NCBI GenBank assembly: GCA_044240195.1
Contig: JBIHZX010000002.1
Coordinates: 3,079-67,078 of the forward strand
From: Candidatus Nanopelagicales bacterium
GTDB lineage: Bacteria > Actinomycetota > Actinomycetes > S36-B12
Reading direction: 5' to 3'
DNA length: 64,000 nucleotides
Position numbers and translations under genes: made by a program. Positions 29,187 through 38,076 of the stretch are shown piece after piece. Under the pieces are notes generated by a model. It saw only the letters and a list, made by a program, of their open reading frames with translations, was not told the DNA's origin and did no database searches. Numbering within the stretch: position 1 is the stretch's first letter; each line of letters opens with the position of its first letter.

Positions 29187-30428
29187 TTACTCCCTTAATT
29201 GGCAGCTGCCTGTTTCTGCTACACCATCAGTTTTTTCCCAGTCGTTTGAAAAATCAATAGCATCCTGTAATTCACTATTGGTCAGCGCGTAACCGACATC
29301 GGAGTCAATATTGGAACCGAATACCAGTCCAAGAACTTGACCATCGCTGTTTACCAATGGACCGCCGCTATTTCCCGGAATTACATTGGATCTGAGTGAA
29401 TAGACCTTCCGCTGCACCCCGCTGTCACCGTAGATGTTCTCACCACGGGCACTCAAAATCCCACTGACGCGAGCCGGTGTGACCGTAAGGTCTCCACCTC
29501 CGGGATACCCCGCCACCGCGGCATTGTCACTAATTTTCGCCCGTCCTCGTGCAAAGAGGGAAACTCGAGTGTCAAGCTCTCGCGTTGCGATCACAGCGAC
29601 ATCTTTTTCTGGATCAAAGTAGATCACTTCACCGGGCACCGAACTTTCCAAGCCGGGCAGACGAATTTGCATATCTTGTACGCCTGCCACCACGTGAGCA
29701 TTAGTGAGAAGTCGACCGGGTGCAAAGTAGAACCCGGAACCCGAAACACTCTGATTACATTCCTGCGCATCACCGGTTAGCCGAACCGTGAAAGTTTCAA
29801 CGACCGGAAAAACACTTTTAGAAATTCCTGCTTGCGGCTGCGCAACTTCAGTGGAGGGTTCCTGACCAAACCCGGTAACGATTCTCGGTATTCCCTTTTG
29901 TCCGACGAGATTGCTAACATTTTTGAACAAAGTGCGGGCTTGATTGGGAACAATCGCGTCAAGGGTTGACAAAACTTGGGACTGGCCAATTTGGCCCGCT
30001 ATTGAATTACTGGGTAGAAATACCAGAACACTGGCAATTACCCAACCAACTAACGCAAAGGCCAAAACATTCAGCGCTGATCCAGCGAAAGAGTCAACAA
30101 ATTTCACCGGCCGCCACGTGAGACTAGATCGTAATCGTCGACCAACAATAGAAAATAAAATTTGCCCTAGGATCGCACTTGCCAGGACAGCGACCCCCAA
30201 AACAATTACCGAGAGGCTTTGATCGGTAACAAATGACTTGATCAGGTCCGGCAACCACAGTAGGGCTGCGATACCTCCGCCAATAAAACCAGCAAAACTC
30301 AATACGCCAGCCACAAATCCTTGGCGCCAACCGGCCCAAGCAAATACGGCCAAGGCTCCTAGCAAAATCCAGTCAACCGTATTCACGCGAGTTCTCTCAT
30401 CATAAAATCTCTCGTCACAAGGTTCCAC
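29187..30428 (-). CDS. marP: MarP-family membrane serine protease
   Basis: An N-terminal CvpA-like 4-TM domain plus a C-terminal chymotrypsin-like domain (TNAHVV, GNSGGPL). It is syntenic with Rv3671c. Confidence 0.85.
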   Translation of the reverse strand: MEPCDERFYDERTRVNTVDWILLGALAVFAWAGWRQGFVAGVLSFAGFIGGGIAALLWLPDLIKSFVTDQSLSVIVLGVAVLASAILGQILFSIVGRRLRSSLTWRPVKFVDSFAGSALNVLAFALVGWVIASVLVFLPSNSIAGQIGQSQVLSTLDAIVPNQARTLFKNVSNLVGQKGIPRIVTGFGQEPSTEVAQPQAGISKSVFPVVETFTVRLTGDAQECNQSVSGSGFYFAPGRLLTNAHVVAGVQDMQIRLPGLESSVPGEVIYFDPEKDVAVIATRELDTRVSLFARGRAKISDNAAVAGYPGGGDLTVTPARVSGILSARGENIYGDSGVQRKVYSLRSNVIPGNSGGPLVNSDGQVLGLVFGSNIDSDVGYALTNSELQDAIDFSNDWEKTDGVAETGSCQLRE

Positions 30429-30429
30429 G

Positions 30430-31080
30430 TCATAGGGCTACAACCCGATCTTTATCCCAAGGAACACTCCAACCTGAGAGCTCAAACAGGGTTGAGAGCA
30501 AGCCTGCCGTAAATCCCCACACTAAAAGTTGATTAACCTGGAAAGCATCACCCCTGTAGCCCTTTGGGTGGCGAATTTGGACTCGGTTTTCAGGGTTGAT
30601 GAAGTCGGCGATCGGGATTCGGTGAACGCTAGCAACTTCCTGCGCATCCCGTGGACCCACCGGACTGGAATCATGCCACCATCCCAGGATCGGAGACACC
30701 ACGTAATTGCTCACCGGGATCAACACATCGGGGAGTTGGGCAAATGGGGTAACACCACGCGGATCCAGTCCCGTTTCCTCATTGGCTTCGCGTAGCGCCG
30801 CCCCGATCGCCGATTGATCACTGATTTCCACTCGACCACCCGGAAATGCCGGTTGCCCGCTGTGGGATCGGGAATTGGTAGCACGCTCAATAATGAGAAT
30901 ATCTTGCTGATCCCCAAAAAGTACGAGCACAGCAGAGTGGACACCCTCACCAACTGTTGGAACGAAGCGGGTTAGTTCTTTGGCTTCCAGTCCGTCTACC
31001 GCGCTTACTACCGGATCCAGCCACGGCGGCAGGGAGTCCAATGACTCTGGGATGAGCGTCCCGTGGGTTAACCAATTCAC
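30430..31080 (-). CDS. NUDIX hydrolase (CoA pyrophosphatase-like)
   Basis: Nudix box GGRVEx7ALREANEETG. GTG at 31080 overlaps the tlpA-like stop (GTGA). Confidence 0.8.
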   Translation of the reverse strand: MNWLTHGTLIPESLDSLPPWLDPVVSAVDGLEAKELTRFVPTVGEGVHSAVLVLFGDQQDILIIERATNSRSHSGQPAFPGGRVEISDQSAIGAALREANEETGLDPRGVTPFAQLPDVLIPVSNYVVSPILGWWHDSSPVGPRDAQEVASVHRIPIADFINPENRVQIRHPKGYRGDAFQVNQLLVWGFTAGLLSTLFELSGWSVPWDKDRVVAL

Positions 31081-31727
31081 CTGTTGATTCCTAAATTTTT
31101 CTGTAATAAAGAGTTGAATGTTTTCTCGTTGGGAATCGCGCCATCCCAACGCCCGGCAATAACACCTTCTGCGGTCACAAAAAACGTGACGGGTGGACCA
31201 GGAATTGTCAGTGGTGCACGAGTATCACCCGATCGATCAATCACCGATGGATAAGAGATGCCGAAGTCCTGCATGAGTTGGAGTGCCTTCGTGGGATCAT
31301 CTTCAAGATTTATACCAATAAAATCAACTTCACCCTCAAGTTCCCGCGAAACTTTTTCCAGCAGTGGCAACTCTTCAATGCAAGGCGGGCACCAAGAAGC
31401 CCAGACGTTGAGGACCATGGGTACCCCGCGAACTTGCGCGAGAGAAACGGCGGACGTATCACCGAGACAGTCAAAAACTTGATCGGGTAATCCGGGGATT
31501 GCAGCATCAGGCTTGATCACAGCAGTTGGACACGGATCCAAATTCACTTCTTGCATAAGCGCCAGCAAATCCGAGTCGCGTTCAATTCCACTGGATTCAT
31601 TATCACTACTACTCGAGTTCGGGCTCGGTTGACTCACTAATTCACCCGCAGTTTCCGAACCTGAACAAGCGCTCAACGAAATAGCTGCCGCCACTAGAAC
31701 TACAGCGATAGATCGGTATTTTTTCAT
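31077..31727 (-). CDS. TlpA-family thiol:disulfide oxidoreductase lipoprotein
   Basis: Lipobox LSAC and thioredoxin motif [11 protein letters not shown] at 31727 overlaps the nth stop (ATGA). Confidence 0.8.
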   Translation of the reverse strand: MKKYRSIAVVLVAAAISLSACSGSETAGELVSQPSPNSSSSDNESSGIERDSDLLALMQEVNLDPCPTAVIKPDAAIPGLPDQVFDCLGDTSAVSLAQVRGVPMVLNVWASWCPPCIEELPLLEKVSRELEGEVDFIGINLEDDPTKALQLMQDFGISYPSVIDRSGDTRAPLTIPGPPVTFFVTAEGVIAGRWDGAIPNEKTFNSLLQKNLGINR

Positions 31728-32443
31728 GCTCGACCTTGTAACTTCACTAGTTTTTCCGCTTCGTGAAAATCCGTTGGTCCTTCGCCGAATGATGGGCACT
31801 TTTTGGCAATAGTGCATGCTCCGCACGCCGGTTTACGTGCATGACAGACCCGACGCCCATGCCACAGAACAAGATGTGAAAGCCGAGTCCAATCTTTTGC
31901 CGGAAAAAGTAATTCGATATCACGCTCAATTTTGACCGGATCGGTGTTAGTGGTCCAACCAAATCTGCGAGCTAACCGGCCAAAATGTGTATCAATTGTG
32001 ATCCCGGGAAGACCAAAAGCATTTCCCATTACGACGAAGGCGGTTTTGCGTCCAACGCCCGGCAGCGTGACAAGTTCTTCAACTGTTGAGGGAACTTCAC
32101 CTCCAAAATCGTGTGTGAGTTGTGCCCCCATCCCAATAATCGTGGTCGCCTTGGTTCGGTAGAAACCGGTGGGTCGAATGAGTTCCTCAACCTCTTCCTG
32201 GTTCGCAGTTGCGTAGGCCCCGGCGTCGGGGTACCTGGCGAAAAGTGCCGGGGTGACCGCGTTTACCCGGCGATCGGTGCATTGGGCGCTCAGAATTGTG
32301 GCGACCAAGAGTTCTAGCGGCGAGGTGAAATCCAACTCAGGCCCGGCGTCGGGGTAGGTCTTGGCCAACTCGCGCAAAATCCACCGGGCGTCTTTGACCA
32401 GCACCGGATCTGGCGCATTTAGGGGGGTTGAGGCGGTCGACAC
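31724..32443 (-). CDS. nth: endonuclease III
   Basis: HhH-GPD motif LPGVGRKTA and FeS cluster loop [17 protein letters not shown]. Confidence 0.93.
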   Translation of the reverse strand: MSTASTPLNAPDPVLVKDARWILRELAKTYPDAGPELDFTSPLELLVATILSAQCTDRRVNAVTPALFARYPDAGAYATANQEEVEELIRPTGFYRTKATTIIGMGAQLTHDFGGEVPSTVEELVTLPGVGRKTAFVVMGNAFGLPGITIDTHFGRLARRFGWTTNTDPVKIERDIELLFPAKDWTRLSHLVLWHGRRVCHARKPACGACTIAKKCPSFGEGPTDFHEAEKLVKLQGRA

Positions 32444-32577
32444 CCTCCTAGATTAAGTCCCTGAGAAGTGGTTCACGCCCCCCGACCTGCAGTGAGGCTC
32501 CCACGTATCCAATAAAGTGCCCCTTGCGGGGGCTCAGAGTTTGCTTCATTTAACACGGTTTGCCGAAAGGATCACAC

Positions 32578-33261
32578 ATGGACCACATGGATTCTGTCCT
32601 TCATCAGTCTCCATTGTTTGCCAGCGTGGATGAAGACGGCGCCGCAGCCCTCATGGAATTACTCACCGAGCAGGTTGTGAGTAAAGGCGGGGTTCTCTTC
32701 CACGAAGGTCAGCCCGGCGATCAGCTCTTCCTCATTATTGAAGGAAAAGTCAAACTTGGATACGCATCCGCTGACGGACGTGAATCACTGATGGCGGTCC
32801 TTGGCCCAGGTGAAATGTTTGGTGAACTGAGCCTTTTTGATCCCGGTCCGCGAGCAGCATCCGCGACAGCCCTCACCGAGGCGCGCGTTGTTCGCTTAGG
32901 CAATACACAACTCATGCCATGGCTGGCTGGTCGCCCCGAAGTTGCAGCATCACTTCTGCAAGCACTCGCCCGCCGGCTTCGACGCACTAATGAAGCGATG
33001 GCTGACCTCGTCTTCAGTGATGTCCCCGGACGAGTCGCCAAAGCACTCATGGAACTTGGTGAGAAGTTTGGAACGATGGTCCCTGGTGGTCTTCTCGTTA
33101 CCCACGACATGACCCAAGAAGAAATCGCGCAACTTGTTGGTGCCTCACGCGAAACGGTGAACAAAGCGCTTGCAGATTTTGCCCAACGCGGATGGATCTC
33201 TTTGGAGTCGCGGCAAGTATTGATTCTTGACGTTGAAAGACTGGGTAACCGCGCTCGTTAA
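32578..33261 (+). CDS. crp: Crp/Fnr family transcriptional regulator
   Basis: cNMP-binding domain (GEMFGELSLFD) and HTH (TQEEIAQLVGASRETVNKAL). ATG at 32578 lies 6 nt after AAAGGA. Confidence 0.9.
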   Translation: MDHMDSVLHQSPLFASVDEDGAAALMELLTEQVVSKGGVLFHEGQPGDQLFLIIEGKVKLGYASADGRESLMAVLGPGEMFGELSLFDPGPRAASATALTEARVVRLGNTQLMPWLAGRPEVAASLLQALARRLRRTNEAMADLVFSDVPGRVAKALMELGEKFGTMVPGGLLVTHDMTQEEIAQLVGASRETVNKALADFAQRGWISLESRQVLILDVERLGNRAR

Positions 33262-34070
33262 TCCACGACTGTGTTTTGCAAGTAATGAAGTTGGGCTGCA
33301 ACCGTGACCTCTGCAGCGATCCGAACATTTGGATCAACACTCGCGTATACCAAATCGGTGATTGATTCAACGGTTGTATTGCCATCTTTTATTGCTGCGC
33401 GAATTTGTTCGAGTCGTTCAAGGCGGTGCTTTTCATAGAAATCAATGAGTGCAACGGGTGATCCTGATGTGGGACCATGCCCGGGAAGCAGCATGGTGAT
33501 TCCCTGGTCATTGCAGTGATCGCGGAGTAGCCGCAACGAGTCGAAGTATTCACTCAGAACACCATCGGGGTGAGCGACCAGTGTCGTGCCACGACCCAAA
33601 ATTGTGTCACCGCTGAGAAGATAGCGTCCAGAGGGCGAGGTAACGGTGATGCAGACGCTATCGGAGCTATGCCCGGGGGTGCGGTGCGTAAGTAACTCGA
33701 CCGAACCTAAATCAAGTCCGGAAATCTCCCTGCTCGAGATGACTGGCGCTCCAACAAGTTCTGATAGATCAGGTGCGCCCTCGGAGTGATCAATATGCGC
33801 ATGGGTTAACAGAATCGCCGCGATTGGACCCTGCGCTAACTGGGAAACCCGCTGTAAATGCTGAGGATTCGCCGGGCCGGGGTCAACAACCACTTGTCGA
33901 CCTCCCACTTCGCCAATGAGATATGTATTTGTTCCTTCAAGTGTCCACGGTGAAGGATTAGGTGCCAACACGCATTGAACGTCAGCCGCGATTACGCCTC
34001 CGGTCCATGCCTGCACTGCTTCCTGCTCACTCATGTCGGCCTGTAGTTTCCTGCTTCGCCATCCCGACAT
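33258..34070 (-). CDS. MBL-fold metallo-hydrolase
   Basis: HxHxDH motif (THAHIDHSEG) and a downstream His/Asp set. Confidence 0.85.
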   Translation of the reverse strand: MSGWRSRKLQADMSEQEAVQAWTGGVIAADVQCVLAPNPSPWTLEGTNTYLIGEVGGRQVVVDPGPANPQHLQRVSQLAQGPIAAILLTHAHIDHSEGAPDLSELVGAPVISSREISGLDLGSVELLTHRTPGHSSDSVCITVTSPSGRYLLSGDTILGRGTTLVAHPDGVLSEYFDSLRLLRDHCNDQGITMLLPGHGPTSGSPVALIDFYEKHRLERLEQIRAAIKDGNTTVESITDLVYASVDPNVRIAAEVTVAAQLHYLQNTVVD

Positions 34071-34716
34071 TCGTTTGCATAGGTTCCCTCGTGTAACCGT
34101 TCACCAAATCCCAGCGAATCTCGCCTGTTGGCTCGAGTGAAGGTATAGGAAGCTTGGGTTCAATAACGCGCGCACGCGCAAAGTCGGTGAGCTCTTCAAG
34201 ATTTTTACACATGTCTAACTCGGCAAGGGCGATCTGCGTTGGACGCAGCATGGGGAGTGATCCGTCGATCGATCTTGCATGAGCTTGCGCGGGTGTCAAC
34301 CACAAGATGTTGTCCGCCTCAGTTGTTACCAAGGCACCTTCTACGTGCTCTTCCACAATAGACAGATAAAAACGCACGTCATATCGCAGTGGTTCAACCT
34401 CTGGAGTGATCCAGTGGTCAAGGGCAACCAAAGAAGCAAGTTTCAGTCCCACTTCTTCATGTACCTCACGGATTGCACAAGCCATAAATGGGTCAGGGAA
34501 CTCATAATCCTTCGGGTCAACTTTCCCTCCAGGGAACACCGCCATATTGGGCGCGAAGGCCATCGTGGAACTGCGCTGCATGAGTAGCACCTCAAAACCA
34601 GAATTCGCCGGTCGTGCGATCACTACGGTTGATGCCGGTTCAGCGACGGGTACTTTCCAACGCTCGTCGCCGGCAGCGACGGATCGCACACGCTCGCTAA
34701 GTGAAATTAGTTCCAC
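34027..34716 (-). CDS. NUDIX hydrolase
   Basis: Nudix box GGKVDx7ACAIREVHEEVG. Confidence 0.7.
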   Translation of the reverse strand: MELISLSERVRSVAAGDERWKVPVAEPASTVVIARPANSGFEVLLMQRSSTMAFAPNMAVFPGGKVDPKDYEFPDPFMACAIREVHEEVGLKLASLVALDHWITPEVEPLRYDVRFYLSIVEEHVEGALVTTEADNILWLTPAQAHARSIDGSLPMLRPTQIALAELDMCKNLEELTDFARARVIEPKLPIPSLEPTGEIRWDLVNGYTREPMQTNVGMAKQETTGRHE

Positions 34717-34719
34717 GTC

Positions 34720-35175
34720 TTATTTGAATTCAACAATCATGTCGACCTCGACAGGCGCTCCAAGAGGCAGTGCTGCAACACCCACTGCTGAACGGGAGTG
34801 AGCCCCGCCAAAAGCGATACCTAGTAAATTACTTGCCCCATTGATCACTGCAGGTTGGGAAGTGAATTCTGGTGTGGAAGCGACAAATCCGGTAACTCGA
34901 ACAACCTGGACAACTCGGTCCAAATCCCCGATTACGCTCTTAATCGCGGCAATAGCGTTCAATGCACAAATCTGAGCCAAAGATGCACCCTGGTCTACAT
35001 CAATCTCTGCGCCCAGACGACCCGTCGCCTGTAATGCTCCCGAAACCATGGGTAACTGGCCGGACGTGTAAACGTAGGAGCCACTAATCACGGCGGGAAC
35101 ATAGGCGGCCAGCGGTGCCACTACCTCTGGGACACTCAAACCCAATTCAGCCAGGCGATTTTCAACCGCAGACAT
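34720..35175 (-). CDS. RidA/YjgF family reactive-intermediate deaminase
   Basis: YjgF-like fold with the C-terminal LPLGAPVEVDMIVE pattern. ATG at 35175. Confidence 0.88.
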   Translation of the reverse strand: MSAVENRLAELGLSVPEVVAPLAAYVPAVISGSYVYTSGQLPMVSGALQATGRLGAEIDVDQGASLAQICALNAIAAIKSVIGDLDRVVQVVRVTGFVASTPEFTSQPAVINGASNLLGIAFGGAHSRSAVGVAALPLGAPVEVDMIVEFK

Positions 35176-35185
35176 GTATATCCCC

Positions 35186-35341
35186 TTAACCCTTCGGCCG
35201 CTTGAGGTAGGCAACCATGTTGTCAGGATTGGGACCCGGAACTACCTGAACCAGCTCCCAGCCGTCTTCTCCCCACGTATCAAGGATTTGCTTAGTCGCA
35301 TGAATCAAGAGCGGCACGGTCACGTATTCCCATTTGGTCAT
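35186..35341 (-). CDS. DUF4177-like small protein
   Basis: 51 aa, MTKWEYVTVPL ... GEDGWELV, typical of DUF4177. Confidence 0.7.
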   Translation of the reverse strand: MTKWEYVTVPLLIHATKQILDTWGEDGWELVQVVPGPNPDNMVAYLKRPKG

Positions 35342-35381
35342 GAGATGAGCGTAACGCGGAAGGGATAGGTACAGTGCACAT

Positions 35382-36368
35382 GTGCAAAATTGGCCCAATG
35401 CGACCCTTCATGTTGTAACAGGAAAGGGCGGGACAGGTAAGACAACCATTGCCGCGGCACTCGCGATCGCCCTTGCCAAAAACGGCCACCGGACCATCCT
35501 CATGGAAGTTGAAGGCCGCCAGGGAATTGCTCAACTCTTTGATACACCCCCACTGCCCTACGAAGAGCGCAAGATCGCGGTAGCACCCGGCGGTGGCGAG
35601 GTGTGGGCTCTCGCTGTTGACACCGAGGATGCACTTCTGGACTACCTCGAGATGTTTTATAAGTTGCGCCGGGCTGGCTCAGCGTTGAGCAAGATGGGTG
35701 CTGTGGATTTCGCGACCACAATCGCACCGGGGCTGCGTGACGTGTTGCTCACCGGGAAAGCCTGTGAAGTGGTTAAACGCAAGGAAAAAAAGCAAGACAA
35801 CGCATATGACTATGTAATTCTTGATGCCCCGCCAACCGGACGCATCACGCGGTTTTTAAATGTCAATGGCGAGGTTTCTGGTCTTGCCAAAGTTGGCCCC
35901 ATCAAGTCACATGCGGACTCGGTCATGAGCGTCATCGCATCAGAACAGACAGCTATTCACTTGGTAACACTCCTTGAAGAAATGCCCGTGCAGGAAACCC
36001 TGGACGGCGTGAGCGAACTTGAGGCTAGTGGACTTCCTGTTGGTGCAATCTTTGTCAATATGACCAGACCACCTCAACTTGATGCGGCGCAACGAGTAAT
36101 GGCAATTGCAGGTCAACTTCCCAGGTCAGAAATTGAAAGTGAAATTTCACAATCAGGTCTCACCGCATCGAATCAGCTCATTGATGCATTGCTAATGGAA
36201 GCCAGTGACCATGCGGAGCGGGTTAATTTGGAAATATCCGAACTTGTGCGTTTGGAAGAGCGAGGGTTGCCCATCTTCGCTTTGCCATTGTTGCCGAGCG
36301 GGATTGACTTGGGCGGACTCTATGAACTTTCCGCGATCATGTCCGCCTCAGGAATTGGCGGGGAGTAA
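35382..36368 (+). CDS. ArsA/Get3-family ATPase (Rv3679-like)
   Basis: P-loop TGKGGTGKTT. It is paired with a second ArsA-like gene. Confidence 0.85.
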   Translation: MQNWPNATLHVVTGKGGTGKTTIAAALAIALAKNGHRTILMEVEGRQGIAQLFDTPPLPYEERKIAVAPGGGEVWALAVDTEDALLDYLEMFYKLRRAGSALSKMGAVDFATTIAPGLRDVLLTGKACEVVKRKEKKQDNAYDYVILDAPPTGRITRFLNVNGEVSGLAKVGPIKSHADSVMSVIASEQTAIHLVTLLEEMPVQETLDGVSELEASGLPVGAIFVNMTRPPQLDAAQRVMAIAGQLPRSEIESEISQSGLTASNQLIDALLMEASDHAERVNLEISELVRLEERGLPIFALPLLPSGIDLGGLYELSAIMSASGIGGE

Positions 36369-36370
36369 TC

Positions 36371-37495
36371 GTGATATTGGACATTGATGCAATTCTTACC
36401 AACCCCGAAAAGCACATCATTGTATGTACCGGCTCGGGTGGGGTGGGGAAAACAACAACAGCAGCGGCGCTGGGACTTCGAGCAGCCGAACTTGGTCGCA
36501 ATGTTTGTGTTCTCACAATCGATCCCGCTCGCAGACTGGCACAGGCCATGGGACTCACCGAACTCGATAACACTCCCCGCTCTGTTCCCGGGATCTCCAA
36601 CGGATCATTGAGCGCAATGATGCTCGACATGAAGCGCACATTTGACGAGGTTGTTGAATCTCACAGCGACCCTGAGCGGGCTGAGCAGATTCTCAGTAAT
36701 CCGTTTTACCAGGCACTTTCCTCTTCATTTGCTGGCACCCAGGAATACATGGCAATGGAAAAACTCGGGCAGTTGCGTGCCCAATCCCAGTGGGATCTGA
36801 TCATCGTTGACACACCACCGAGTCGCAATGCACTCGACTTCCTCGATGCGCCAGCCCGACTTGGATCATTTCTTGACGGACGTTTGATTCGGATCATTAC
36901 CGCGCCAGCGCGGGGTGCGGGTCGTGGAATTGGGAGGATCGCAGCAATGGGTTTTGGGATTTTCACCAATGTCCTGAGCAAACTCCTCGGAGCGCAAGTA
37001 CTCGCTGATGTGGGGAACTTTGTTGCTGATATCGATACAACTTTCGGTGGTTTTCGCGAAAGAGCTGATGCAACTTACGCACTTCTCAAAGACTCCGGCA
37101 CCGAGTTCATTGTTGTTGCCGCTCCCGAGCGTGACGCATTGCGTGAGGCTGCATATTTTGTCGAGCGACTCAACCAAGATTCAATGCCTCTGGGCGGATT
37201 GATCCTCAATCGAGTACAAGAAGTTCCTGAAACAGGTCTCACCCAAGATCAAGTTCTGGCCGCCGCCCAAAAATTAACGGCTGATGGTCGAGGACCCCTG
37301 AGCGCAGCACTCCTTGAACTTCACGCGCAGCGAATGGAGATTAAAGAACGTCAAAAACACCTTGCAATGCGCTTCACGGCCGCCCATCCAGATGTTGCCG
37401 TGCAACCGATTCCCGCGATGGCTCAGGACGTACATGATTTAGACGGGCTGCGTGACATTGGTGCAGCCTTAGCGAACCAGGAGATCACCTGGTAG
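36371..37495 (+). CDS. ArsA/Get3-family ATPase (Rv3680-like)
   Basis: P-loop TGSGGVGKTT and DTPP Walker B-like motif. Confidence 0.85.
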   Translation: MILDIDAILTNPEKHIIVCTGSGGVGKTTTAAALGLRAAELGRNVCVLTIDPARRLAQAMGLTELDNTPRSVPGISNGSLSAMMLDMKRTFDEVVESHSDPERAEQILSNPFYQALSSSFAGTQEYMAMEKLGQLRAQSQWDLIIVDTPPSRNALDFLDAPARLGSFLDGRLIRIITAPARGAGRGIGRIAAMGFGIFTNVLSKLLGAQVLADVGNFVADIDTTFGGFRERADATYALLKDSGTEFIVVAAPERDALREAAYFVERLNQDSMPLGGLILNRVQEVPETGLTQDQVLAAAQKLTADGRGPLSAALLELHAQRMEIKERQKHLAMRFTAAHPDVAVQPIPAMAQDVHDLDGLRDIGAALANQEITW

Positions 37496-37518
37496 TTAGT
37501 TAGCTGGTAGTTAGTTAG
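37489..37518. repeat. tandem 15-bp repeat ctggtagttagttag x2, plus a partial third copy up to 37530
   Basis: Read directly from the sequence. Each unit carries TAG in all three forward frames. The first unit contains the stop of the upstream ArsA-like gene. Confidence 0.9.
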
Positions 37519-37530
37519 TCTGGCTGGTAA

Positions 37531-37842
37531 TTACGAAGCTCGGTCGGTTGCACTCAGGAATGACTGGCGCTCATATTCGTTTTGAGCGCTCATGAGAAGT
37601 GTCTTCCAGGAGCTCACATTGGGCCGACGACGAAGCAGTGCCCGACGCTCCCGTTCAGTCATGCCGCCCCACACGCCAAATTCAACCCGGTTATCAAGAG
37701 CATCGGAGAGGCACTCGGTGCGTACTTCACAACCTAAACAAATCGCCTTTACGCGGTTTTGCGCGGCCCCCTGAACAAACAGTGTGTCCGGGTCGGTGTT
37801 GCGACAAGCTGCATTGATGGCCCATTCGGTTGCAATTGCCAT
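37531..37842 (-). CDS. whiB: WhiB-family transcriptional regulator
   Basis: Four Cys (C..., CLGCEVRTEC), a GVWGG turn and a basic C-terminus. ATG at 37842. It is divergent from the PBP gene, as whiB4 is from ponA2 in M. tuberculosis. Confidence 0.9.
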   Translation of the reverse strand: MAIATEWAINAACRNTDPDTLFVQGAAQNRVKAICLGCEVRTECLSDALDNRVEFGVWGGMTERERRALLRRRPNVSSWKTLLMSAQNEYERQSFLSATDRAS

Positions 37843-38076
37843 ACGCGCAAACTCCTCAATTATTAGTTGCCCCACCGCAGAGTCCCAGGGCAGATTTGCC
37901 GGTCACTGCCGTACGCGTCGAACTATGCTCCGCTGACACCCGAGAGTCAATAGTTTTTTATTTTGGGAAAGTTTGCACAAAGTCCCCCGGGAATCCATCA
38001 AGAAAACTGCTATCCGGTTCCGAAAATGTGGGATGGCTTTGGAATTCGGGAACGAGGGATCTACCCTTGGCGTCTG

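Noticed and set aside
29166-29194. Direct repeat aattactccc x2 between the MFS and marP genes
   Set aside because: It is only 10 bp long, the second copy overlaps the marP stop, and there is no associated element. It is probably chance.
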